64,000 nucleotides of DNA. Origin: an uncultured Verrucomicrobiota bacterium (GTDB taxonomy: Bacteria > Verrucomicrobiota > Verrucomicrobiia > Verrucomicrobiales > Akkermansiaceae). The notes beneath the pieces were generated by a model. It did not search any database. It was not told the origin of the DNA and was given only the letters and a program-made list of their open reading frames with translations. The stretch is from NCBI GenBank assembly GCA_929200745.1, contig CAKNAS010000009.1, positions 12,256 through 76,255 on the forward strand, written 5' to 3'. Every line of letters starts with the position of its first letter. Position 1 is the first letter of the stretch. The translations under genes were made by a program, and so were the position numbers. Below, piece after piece: positions 17,981-26,947 of this stretch.

Positions 17981-20854
17981 ATGAAACTGTATACATCCAT
18001 TCAATTCTCCATTTCCGTGCTGCTCACGTTTTTTCTTACTGGGTTCCTAACAGCAGATACAGCCACCCTTTCATTACATGGTGCATGGCGTTTCCAGCTT
18101 GATGCGGGAAAAGTTGGTGTGAAAGAGCAGTGGTATGGGCGCAAGCTGAATGACTCGATTCAACTTCCCGGCACGACTGATGAGAATAAGAAAGGTATAC
18201 AAAGAGATGAGAGGCCGACAGATCGGCTTGCGAGACCATGGTATTGGAAAGGTGCGGCTTGGTATCAGCGAGAGGTTACCATTCCGGCGGCGTGGAAAGG
18301 TAAACGCATCACACTACATCTGGAGCGGACAAAAAATACCCGCGTATGGGTGGGTGATCATTTCTGCGGCTGGGATGATACCTTGAGTGCTCCTCAGGTT
18401 TATGATGTCACTACCTCGATGAAGCCTGGAAAACATACGATCACCCTGCTCATCGATAATTCTAAACTTCCACCCGTCGGCCCATCTCACGCCGTTGATG
18501 AGAGGACCCAAACGAATTGGAATGGCGTGGTTGGTGATTTGGAGTTGCGTGCCACTGATCCAGTATGGATTAAGGATGTGCAAATCTATCCCGACGTTGC
18601 GGCGAAGAAAGCGCGCGTTAAATTGGTGATTGGAAACATTACGGGAAAGCCGGCCAGCGGGCGTCTCGACGCGAGTTGCGAGAGCTACAACACGAAAAAG
18701 CGATTGTTATACAAGGTGCAAAGCACAGATGTGAATGCTGCCGAGAATGAAACGATCACCGAGCTGATCTATGATTATCACGGCAACGTACCGCTGTGGG
18801 ATGAGTTCACTCCGACGATGCTGAGCATGAAGCTGAAGCTTACGACCAAGGCTGGAGACGAGTCCTATACTGATCAGGCTACGGTAAACTTCGGTATGCG
18901 TGACTTTACGGCGGATCGGAATCAGCTTTTGGTTAATGGGATGCCGACTTTTCTTAGAGGCCGACTCGACTGCGCGAATTATCCGCTCACTGGCTACGCC
19001 CCTATGGATAAATCTGAGTGGTTGCGCATTCTCAGTATTATGAAGGACTGGGGTCTCAACCACGTTCGGTTTCACTCTTGGTGCCCACCGCGTGCTGCCT
19101 TTGAGGCTGCTGATGAGTTGGGTGTTTATTTGCAGCCAGAATTCCCTAACAAACGTAGTGGTTTTAAGGCTGCGGAGAATAAGGATGCAGCATTCCACAA
19201 CATCGACCGACTTGACGTCGAGACCACCGAGTCCAATGTGGGGCTCTATGATTATGCCAAACGTGAGGCCGAGCTGATTTTCCAAAATTTTGGTAATCAT
19301 CCATCGTTTGTGATGTTTACGCTAGGGAATGAACTCGGACGCAATCAGGGCATGTTCGATCTGGTTGAGTATTTTAAGAAAATCGAACCTCGCATGCTGC
19401 ATGCTCAGGGAGCTAACAATATGCATTGGAAGCCATCGCTTGCCCAAGGTGATGAGTTCTGGGTGACGGGTAAGGTCGAGAAGGACGCCAAACCGCTGCG
19501 CGGATCATTCTCACTCTATGATTTTCCCAAAGCTCCTATCGAGGGATACCCGCCTTCGACATTAGATGATTTTAGTGAATCTATCCGTGGCGTCTCGGTG
19601 CCACTGGTCGGTCATGAAACCGGGCAGTTTCAGGTAGCCCCTGACTTCCGTGATATCGCAAAATTTACTGGTGTGCTTAAGGCCCGAAATTATGAAATCT
19701 TTCGAGATCGTTTAAATGATGCGGGCATGCTTGATCAGGCGCATGATTTTGTTCGTGCTTCAGGCGCGCTTTCCGCTATCTGCTACCGCGAGGATATCGA
19801 GTTGGCATTACGCACACCTGGTTTTGGTGGTTTTCAGTTGCTCGATATCATGGATTTTCCAGGCCAAGGTACTGCGCTCGTGGGTATGCTCAATGTCTTT
19901 ATGGAGTCGAAGGGGATTATCGAACCCGAGAAGTGGCGACAGTTTTGTAGTGAGACCGTTCCTCTGCTGCGTATGAAAAAACACACATGGACGAGTGATG
20001 AGACGCTCACTGCGCGTGTTGAAATCGCGCATTATGGCGCCAAAGCTATGGAGGGCGCACGGGTCACTTGGAAACTTGCCGACAACCAAGGTAAGACGAT
20101 AGCCGAGAATATCTTTGCTGCGCAAACTTTACCTCAGGGGGAGCTCACGGGAATTGATACTGTCGCTATTTCTCTGAATGGGGTTTCCGTTCCTCAGAAA
20201 CTGACCCTCACCCTATCTATCGAGGATACTTCGTTCCGCAACGCATACCCGATCTGGGTTTATCCGCCGGAGATCAATACCGATGCTCCAGAGGGGGTGT
20301 TGATTACCAGCAGTTATACCTCGAAAAAAACCCAGGATTACCTAGCAAGTGGTGGTAAAGTTTTGCTTCTTCCAAAGCTTGATCAACTGCCCCTCACGGT
20401 TCCGGGCGGATTCCAAACAGAATTTTGGTCACCTATGTTTGCTCAGAGCGCTATCAAGCGAGGCATCAAACCTCCGCCAGGGACGCTTGGCATTTTGTGC
20501 GATCCTAAGCACCCGGCACTTGCTCATTTCCCTACCGAATTTCACACTAACTGGCAGTGGTGGCATCTGCTTAAAAACTCGCGCCCGATTATTTTCAGCG
20601 ATACCCCAGACCACTACCGTCCAATCGTCCAGGTGATCGATAATTTTGTGACCAATCACAAGCTGGGGGTTCTTGCTGAAACTCGTGTTGGTAAGGGATC
20701 GATGCTCATATGCCCGATTGATTTGGCAAACCACTTAAACCAACCTGCGGTTCGGCAGTTTCAGCACAGCGTCCTTCAATACATGAGCTCTCCGCAATTT
20801 GCTCCCAAAACGGAGCTCGATTCAGCCTTGTTGAAAAAGCTTTTGCCGAAGTAG
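17981..20854 (+). CDS. secreted glycoside hydrolase, GH2-like
   Basis: Signal peptide. A GH2 N-terminal sugar-binding pattern (WYQREVTIP..WKGKRITLHLE...VWVGDHFCG). TIM-barrel motifs NHVRFHSWCPP, FTLGNELG (candidate acid/base Glu) and VGHETGQ (candidate nucleophile). Confidence 0.75.
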   Translation: MKLYTSIQFSISVLLTFFLTGFLTADTATLSLHGAWRFQLDAGKVGVKEQWYGRKLNDSIQLPGTTDENKKGIQRDERPTDRLARPWYWKGAAWYQREVTIPAAWKGKRITLHLERTKNTRVWVGDHFCGWDDTLSAPQVYDVTTSMKPGKHTITLLIDNSKLPPVGPSHAVDERTQTNWNGVVGDLELRATDPVWIKDVQIYPDVAAKKARVKLVIGNITGKPASGRLDASCESYNTKKRLLYKVQSTDVNAAENETITELIYDYHGNVPLWDEFTPTMLSMKLKLTTKAGDESYTDQATVNFGMRDFTADRNQLLVNGMPTFLRGRLDCANYPLTGYAPMDKSEWLRILSIMKDWGLNHVRFHSWCPPRAAFEAADELGVYLQPEFPNKRSGFKAAENKDAAFHNIDRLDVETTESNVGLYDYAKREAELIFQNFGNHPSFVMFTLGNELGRNQGMFDLVEYFKKIEPRMLHAQGANNMHWKPSLAQGDEFWVTGKVEKDAKPLRGSFSLYDFPKAPIEGYPPSTLDDFSESIRGVSVPLVGHETGQFQVAPDFRDIAKFTGVLKARNYEIFRDRLNDAGMLDQAHDFVRASGALSAICYREDIELALRTPGFGGFQLLDIMDFPGQGTALVGMLNVFMESKGIIEPEKWRQFCSETVPLLRMKKHTWTSDETLTARVEIAHYGAKAMEGARVTWKLADNQGKTIAENIFAAQTLPQGELTGIDTVAISLNGVSVPQKLTLTLSIEDTSFRNAYPIWVYPPEINTDAPEGVLITSSYTSKKTQDYLASGGKVLLLPKLDQLPLTVPGGFQTEFWSPMFAQSAIKRGIKPPPGTLGILCDPKHPALAHFPTEFHTNWQWWHLLKNSRPIIFSDTPDHYRPIVQVIDNFVTNHKLGVLAETRVGKGSMLICPIDLANHLNQPAVRQFQHSVLQYMSSPQFAPKTELDSALLKKLLPK

Positions 20855-20894
20855 ACTTGAGCGTAGCAAATCCAAAACAAAACAATATCATCTT

Positions 20895-22463
20895 ATGACT
20901 ATCATAACCTTTGTTCTTTTCTTCGCATTGGTAATTGGCTTTTCCTTATGGAAAAGTCGTGCCATCAAAGGAATCCAGCAAGACGAGTCTAGCTACTTCC
21001 TTGGAGGTCGGTCACTTACCTGGCCAATCATCGGCATCTCGATTGTCGCCGCGAATATCTCGTCGGAACAAATGGTCGGCATGGCTGGAGCGGGTGCTGC
21101 GGATCAGGGGTTAGCTGTTGCAGCTTGGCAGCTGATGGGCTCGGTCTTCATATCTATTATTGCCATCACCTTGTTACCTCGATTTTTACGCGCTGGTATC
21201 TACACCATGCCGGAGTTCCTCGAATATCGCTACAATCCGGCCACCCGTAGCGTGATGGCAATTGTAACCGTGCTGGTTTATGTTGGTGTCCTGCTAACAG
21301 CAGTTCTTTATACTGGTGCCACCGCTTTGAATGTTCTTGTGGACGTACCGATGGGAACTGGTGTGTGGATCATTGGGGCGCTGGGAGCTCTCTACGCTGC
21401 CACAGGTGGACTTAAGGCCATCGCGTATGCCGATTTGATTCAGGGGATCTCTCTGCTGGTCGGCGGAATGATCATTTTCTTTCTTGGTCTAAATGCCACC
21501 GGCGGCTGGGAGGAATTTTCCAGCCAGAATCCGGAGAAGCTCAAGCTGCTGCTATTCAAAGGGCATCCGGGCTATGAGCAACTGCCGTGGTACACCGTGT
21601 TCACCAGTATGTGGATCGTGATGATCTATTACTGCGGTCTGAACCAGTTCATCGTTCAGCGCAACCTCGCCGCCAAAACACTTAAGGATGGTCAGCTAGG
21701 CATGATTTTTGCCGGCGCGCTTTGGCTGCTGGTTCCTTTCGCCATTGTCATACCAGGTATTATGGCCGCTCAGCTCTTTCCCGGGCAACTCGCCGAGAAA
21801 ACTGACGCAGCCTATCCCATTCTGATCAAGGAATTGGTTGGTCCAGGATTGAGGGGCTTCATTTTTGCGGCTGTTGCGGGAGCCATTGTTTCGACACTTG
21901 CTTCCCTACTGAACTCATCGGCGACGATTGCTACGATCGATGTTTACCAGCGTCTGATCAAACCTGAGACGTCCCAGAAAAAACTTGTTCAGTTAGGGCG
22001 TTGTTTGACGATTGTATTTGTAGTTATCGGCTGCTGTAGTGCGCCGTTACTCACCGATGGCGTATTTACCTTCATCCAGCAGTTTCAGGGATTCATCTGG
22101 CCAGGTGTGGTTGCCGCTTTCCTTGGTGCATTCCTCCTGCCTCGCGCTCCCGGGTTAGCCGGATTGACCGCACTGATCCTGGGGCCAATTGCTTACTCGT
22201 TTTTCCAAGTGGCTACCAAACAGGGGTTGTTTGAAAACGTGTTAGGTGAGCCGTGGTTTGAAATGCATTACCTCACTCAGGTGCTTGCTGCATTTGGGGT
22301 GGTGTTTACTACCATGATCATCATCACTCTTGTCGCTCCGCTGGCGGAGCCACGTAAGTTACCAGTTCGCAAAGACATTGCGCTTGAGACAGAACCTATT
22401 GTTAAGTGGGCAGCTTTTGCTGTGATCGCTGGAGTTGCTGTGCTGTTCGTCATCTTCCGCTAA
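20895..22463 (+). CDS. sodium:solute symporter (SSS/SGLT family)
   Basis: FLGGRSLTWPIIGISIVAANISSEQMVGMAGAG N-terminal family motif. About 13-14 TM helices, 522 aa. It starts 40 nt after the GH2 stop. Confidence 0.85.
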   Translation: MTIITFVLFFALVIGFSLWKSRAIKGIQQDESSYFLGGRSLTWPIIGISIVAANISSEQMVGMAGAGAADQGLAVAAWQLMGSVFISIIAITLLPRFLRAGIYTMPEFLEYRYNPATRSVMAIVTVLVYVGVLLTAVLYTGATALNVLVDVPMGTGVWIIGALGALYAATGGLKAIAYADLIQGISLLVGGMIIFFLGLNATGGWEEFSSQNPEKLKLLLFKGHPGYEQLPWYTVFTSMWIVMIYYCGLNQFIVQRNLAAKTLKDGQLGMIFAGALWLLVPFAIVIPGIMAAQLFPGQLAEKTDAAYPILIKELVGPGLRGFIFAAVAGAIVSTLASLLNSSATIATIDVYQRLIKPETSQKKLVQLGRCLTIVFVVIGCCSAPLLTDGVFTFIQQFQGFIWPGVVAAFLGAFLLPRAPGLAGLTALILGPIAYSFFQVATKQGLFENVLGEPWFEMHYLTQVLAAFGVVFTTMIIITLVAPLAEPRKLPVRKDIALETEPIVKWAAFAVIAGVAVLFVIFR

Positions 22464-22472
22464 ACTATATTT

Positions 22473-25400
22473 ATGTCAGTCACTGCCAAACTCGAGACTC
22501 TCGATATACCAACCTACGGCCTTGGTGCGCCGGAGAAAAACCCGCTATTTTTTGAGAAGCGTGTCTATCAAGGGTCCTGCGGGAAAGTCTATCCCGTGCC
22601 GTTTATTGATAAAGTTTATCAGGACACGCCGCCTCAGCCTGTGAGCTATCGGTCGGCTCGGTTGGAAAATGATTTTATTCGCCTTGTCATGCTGCCAGAG
22701 ATTGGTGGGCGGATCTTTCTTGGTCAGGATAAGAAAAATGATGATTACGATTTTTTTTATCGGCAGGATGTCATCAAACCTGCACTCGTCGGGCTGGCTG
22801 GGCCATGGATTTCAGGTGGCGTAGAATTTAATTGGCCTCAACACCATCGGCCAGGCACCTATCTGCCGGCTGATGTTACGATCGAAGATGAGGGTGAAGG
22901 TGTTTTTACAGTATGGATGAGCGAGCACGATCCGCTTAACCGACTCAAGGGAATGCATGGTATTCGCCTGCGGCCTGGCTCGTCATTGATCGAGCTGCGC
23001 GGCCGGCTCTATAATCGTACGCCGCACGCACATACTTTTCTATGGTGGGCTAACGTAGCAGCCCGGGTGCATGAAAAATATCAAAGTTTTTTCCCTGCCG
23101 ATGTCCACTACGTGGCTGACCACGCGGTGCGCGCGATGTCATCCTTTCCGATCGCGGAAAATGATTACTACGGTGTCGATTACGCTGCACGCCCTGGAAC
23201 CAATGATCTGCGTCGCTACTCTAATATCCCAGTGCCTACTAGCTACATGGTTTGCCAGACGGCGGATCATTTTTTTGGTGGTTATGACGAAGATGCTGGT
23301 GGCGGTTTTATTCACGTAGCGAATCGGCACGTTGCACCCGGGAAAAAGCAATGGACATGGGGGGATGACGAGTTCGGCAGAGCGTGGGATCGTGAGCTGA
23401 CCGACGAGAATGGCCCCTATGTCGAGCTTATGGCGGGTGTCTTCACCGACAACCAACCGGACTTCAGCTACCTTCATCCATATGAAACAAAAACTTTTTC
23501 GCAGTTCTGGTGGCCATATCAGAAGCTTGGTCCTGTTCAGCAGGCCACCAAGGATCTTGCGCTGCGGCTTGATGTCGCTGGGGATCGGCACATTGACTTA
23601 GGAGTGGCGGGATCTCGGTCGTTTAAACGACTGCGGCTTTTGTTACAGCACGGGAACCAAAATATTTTTGAGAGCGAAATCAGTGTTGCGCCCGATGAAG
23701 TCTGGCAATGTGGTGAGGATCTGCATTTTCAAGGTGAGAACGCTGCTGAGCTTTTTTGCCAAATTGTTGATCTTGAAACGGACAATGTAATGCTCGAACA
23801 CAGACCACCTGAGCCGACCAAGCTCGCCCGGGATCGTGAGCAGGCCACTGAGCCGCCGATGCCTGAGGAGATTGACTCTAATGATGAGCTCTACTTCACG
23901 GGCGAGCACCTCGCCCAATACCGTCACCCGACGCGTGGTCCAGAGCTGTATTGGCAGGAGGCCATCAAGCGAGACTCTAAGGACGCGCGCTGCCATCTAG
24001 CACTCGGAAAGCAGGAGCTCATGCGTGGCAAGCTATCAGCGGCAGAAGAGCACTTCCGCACGAGTATTTTACGTCTAACTTCACGCCATCCAAATCCCGA
24101 AACAGGGGAGGCCCACTATCATCTCGGGCTCACTCTCCGCTATCAGGACCACGGTGCAGAGGCCTATGGGTATTTCTACAAAGCCACATGGAACTATGCG
24201 TGGCGGGCAGCTTCTTTCCATGAATTAGCATGTCTCGATCTAAAAAATGGTGATCATGAAACCGCGCTCGAGCACCTTAACCAATCGCTGGAAACTAACG
24301 CCACAAGTAATAAGACCATTGTCGTAAAGGCACTGGCGCTACACTCGCTCGATCGTAGCGAGGAGGCGCTGGTTATACTCAATGACCTTCTCGCAGCTGA
24401 CCCGCTCGACCATGGGGCGATTGTCATCAAGGTGTTTATCGAAAGTGGCGAACTGCAACTTCCTGCGAGCTCGCGCAACGATGCGCAAACTGCACTCGAT
24501 CTTGCGTTTGATCTTGCCGACTGTGGGCATACTGCTGAAGCTATCAGGCTGTTGCGGGCGCATCTCGCAAATGACACAGAACCTGTGGAGGTGCCCAACC
24601 CGCTGGAGCGCACTCCGATGGTTCATTATGCTTTAGCGTGGCTAGAGTATCGACAAGGCGACGAGTCAGCCAGCTCGCTTCATGAGGCGCGGGCGTGCTC
24701 ACCTGACTTTCTTTTTCCATCTAGAATTCATGAATGCTGCGCTCTCGAATGGGCGGTGCAACAACCGGGGAACGACCGTAATGCTGGCTATGCCTTGGGT
24801 AATTACTACTACGATAAAAAACGTCATGAGCACGCGATTCATGTTTGGGAGGTGGCGGCCAAAGCTGCATCTGATCTTGCCACAATCCATCGTAACTTGG
24901 GTATCGCCTATTGGAACTCCCGTGGTGACGGCGAGGCGGCGCGTCAAAGTTATGAGCGCGCCCTGAGCATGGACGAGAGTGACTCTCGGCTGATTGCCGA
25001 GTATGTGCAACTTCGCGGTAAGCTTGGAGATTCTGCTGCGGAGCGCCTTCAATTCCTCGAAGAGCACCAAGACTTGGTTCTCGAGCGCGACGATGCAACT
25101 GTAGAATTGGCAACACTATACAATCAAACGGGTCAGCCAGAAAAAGCTCGTGAGCTGCTGACTTCAAGGAGTTTCCACCCGTGGGAAGGCGGTGAAGGTA
25201 AGGTGCTGCGCCAATACACCGAGGCTCACCTTCAACTCGGACGATTGGCACTTGATCAGCTGGCTGCAAAAGAAGCACTCGATCACTTTGAATTGGCAAT
25301 TCAAACCCCAGATAATTTAGGAGAAAAATACCATCCGCTTCAAGCCAAGGCCGACGTGACATACTGGCAGGCAATGGCAATGAAAACACTTGGTCACGAT

Positions 25401-25718
25401 GACGAAGCGCAGCGGAGGTTTGAATTGGCAGCCAGTGAATCCGGCGACTTCCAGTCTATGGCTGTTACGGAGTTTTCCGAGCTTACCTACTATAAGGCGT
25501 TATCTTTACACCAGCTGGGTCGGGCTGATGAGGCTCGTAACGTGCTTGAAGCGATGCATGCATATGCAACTGAGGAGCAATCTGTTCCTGCTACTATTGA
25601 CTACTTTGCGACGTCGCTGCCAAACTTACTCGTCTTCGAGGAAGATCTTGATATTGAAAAACAAAAGATGTTAGATGGGCTTATCAAGCTTGCTGAGCAG
25701 GGGCTGCGACAAATCTGA
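22473..25718 (+). CDS. large cytoplasmic protein: N-terminal DUF5107-like domain plus a long C-terminal TPR array
   Basis: 1081 aa with no signal peptide. The N-terminal ~450 aa (GGVEFNWPQHHRPGT, HFFGGYDEDAGGGF, GKKQWTWG) match my recollection of DUF5107. The C-terminal ~600 aa show TPR-like helical repeats (AHYHLGLTLRYQDHGAEAYGYFYKA...). It starts 9 nt after the symporter stop. Confidence 0.6.
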   Translation: MSVTAKLETLDIPTYGLGAPEKNPLFFEKRVYQGSCGKVYPVPFIDKVYQDTPPQPVSYRSARLENDFIRLVMLPEIGGRIFLGQDKKNDDYDFFYRQDVIKPALVGLAGPWISGGVEFNWPQHHRPGTYLPADVTIEDEGEGVFTVWMSEHDPLNRLKGMHGIRLRPGSSLIELRGRLYNRTPHAHTFLWWANVAARVHEKYQSFFPADVHYVADHAVRAMSSFPIAENDYYGVDYAARPGTNDLRRYSNIPVPTSYMVCQTADHFFGGYDEDAGGGFIHVANRHVAPGKKQWTWGDDEFGRAWDRELTDENGPYVELMAGVFTDNQPDFSYLHPYETKTFSQFWWPYQKLGPVQQATKDLALRLDVAGDRHIDLGVAGSRSFKRLRLLLQHGNQNIFESEISVAPDEVWQCGEDLHFQGENAAELFCQIVDLETDNVMLEHRPPEPTKLARDREQATEPPMPEEIDSNDELYFTGEHLAQYRHPTRGPELYWQEAIKRDSKDARCHLALGKQELMRGKLSAAEEHFRTSILRLTSRHPNPETGEAHYHLGLTLRYQDHGAEAYGYFYKATWNYAWRAASFHELACLDLKNGDHETALEHLNQSLETNATSNKTIVVKALALHSLDRSEEALVILNDLLAADPLDHGAIVIKVFIESGELQLPASSRNDAQTALDLAFDLADCGHTAEAIRLLRAHLANDTEPVEVPNPLERTPMVHYALAWLEYRQGDESASSLHEARACSPDFLFPSRIHECCALEWAVQQPGNDRNAGYALGNYYYDKKRHEHAIHVWEVAAKAASDLATIHRNLGIAYWNSRGDGEAARQSYERALSMDESDSRLIAEYVQLRGKLGDSAAERLQFLEEHQDLVLERDDATVELATLYNQTGQPEKARELLTSRSFHPWEGGEGKVLRQYTEAHLQLGRLALDQLAAKEALDHFELAIQTPDNLGEKYHPLQAKADVTYWQAMAMKTLGHDDEAQRRFELAASESGDFQSMAVTEFSELTYYKALSLHQLGRADEARNVLEAMHAYATEEQSVPATIDYFATSLPNLLVFEEDLDIEKQKMLDGLIKLAEQGLRQI

Positions 25719-25754
25719 CGTGTGATGAAGCCGTTTAAAAGTTGTGTTTGATGG

Positions 25755-26876
25755 CTACGGGCAATGCAGCATGAACTCTGCATCCTGAAGTGTTCTGCCA
25801 TTGACGAGTATGCCAATTTTATGAACTCCGCTGTAGTGCCTGCGTGTGGTGATTTTTTTGAACGCGTGTGCCTTTTTGATGGTGACCGATTGTTTTGGGC
25901 GGAGTCGTAGGTTTTTCCATTTGAAGACCTTGGTGTTGGTTTTTCCATTTGCGCGTATGTAGTGCACTGAGTAGTCGATCACCACATGCTGTTTGGCATT
26001 TGTTTCAGAGATGATCTCGGCAGTGATCTCTAATGAATCACCAAGCATTAGATTGGCCTGGGAAAGTTGTGGGCCGATGACATTAAGTCTCGGCTTTGAG
26101 GTAAATCCGAGTAGCGGGAACACACCGGGGTATCCTTCCTTTACCAGCGTGCGTGTGGCGTGCCGGATGATCCAATCTCGGCACGATACATTATCGATTT
26201 TCCAGCGGTGGCAGGTGGTAATGACTACATCAGGATGATCTTTTGAAATATCGTTTAGGTTGTTAGCGACTGATTTTCTAACGTAATCGGATGGATCATC
26301 TTTCAGGTTTTCTAACAAATCTATCACTGGTGTGGGGTCTTGAATATATGCAGAGAGATGTTTTCCCCAAGGTAACCGCGGGCGGCATCCTTCCGATGCT
26401 AGTCTGCGAACATGCTCGTTGCGATCCATGCACCAGATTTGGAGCTGCAAGTAGGTTTCTTCCTGGTGTGTTACAATAAAAGGCCGAATAGCAAACTCTG
26501 CCGTGAATAAGGGGGTGAGATATCGTAATAATGGAAGTGCTATTGCTGGGTGATTAAGTCCGTATTCTGCGACATAATCTATGAGTGGCCATGCGGCAAA
26601 TAGCATCAATGCATCGTCGCCGTCATGCTGTATCCAGTGCTCCCTGACCTTTCCTAGGATATCAGCTGTTTGAGGAAATGATTCTGGCAAATGCCTAGCC
26701 ATCACGGCAATCATGTGTCGCACTCTGTCTTTTAGCTCTAGCGTATGTAGAGCTGACATTGCGTCGCGATAAAATAATTCTTCTGGAAAATTGGCGCCAG
26801 AAGCGAGCAATACCTTGCTGATTCGTTGTACGGCGGATTCGCCGATGCCATCCTTCATGAGTATGCTCCGTGCCAT
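25755..26876 (-). CDS. DNA alkylation repair protein (AlkD/YhaZ-like HEAT-repeat family)
   Basis: 373 aa. The helical-repeat N-terminal two thirds (..RVRHMIAVMARHLP.., ..HVRRLASEGCRPRLPWG.., DPSDYVRKSVANNLNDISKDHP) are typical of this family. Confidence 0.6.
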   Translation of the reverse strand: MARSILMKDGIGESAVQRISKVLLASGANFPEELFYRDAMSALHTLELKDRVRHMIAVMARHLPESFPQTADILGKVREHWIQHDGDDALMLFAAWPLIDYVAEYGLNHPAIALPLLRYLTPLFTAEFAIRPFIVTHQEETYLQLQIWCMDRNEHVRRLASEGCRPRLPWGKHLSAYIQDPTPVIDLLENLKDDPSDYVRKSVANNLNDISKDHPDVVITTCHRWKIDNVSCRDWIIRHATRTLVKEGYPGVFPLLGFTSKPRLNVIGPQLSQANLMLGDSLEITAEIISETNAKQHVVIDYSVHYIRANGKTNTKVFKWKNLRLRPKQSVTIKKAHAFKKITTRRHYSGVHKIGILVNGRTLQDAEFMLHCP

Positions 26877-26947
26877 TTTCTACTTAGGGATCATGGCAAA
26901 GCATTTTCAACTTCAGAGCAAGGTGATTTTGTTATGAATCATTTTTA

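Noticed and set aside
24721-25389. A long antisense ORF (222 aa) inside the DUF5107/TPR gene. Similar shadow ORFs occur at 2094-2612, 3078-3593, 18707-19300, 23139-23591, 31529-32128, 5423-5929 and 57402-57920.
   Set aside because: Each lies fully inside, and antisense or out of frame to, a gene with strong motif support. Their translations are low-complexity or Arg/Ser/His-rich with no recognisable motifs, which is typical of frame shadows in moderately GC-rich coding DNA.
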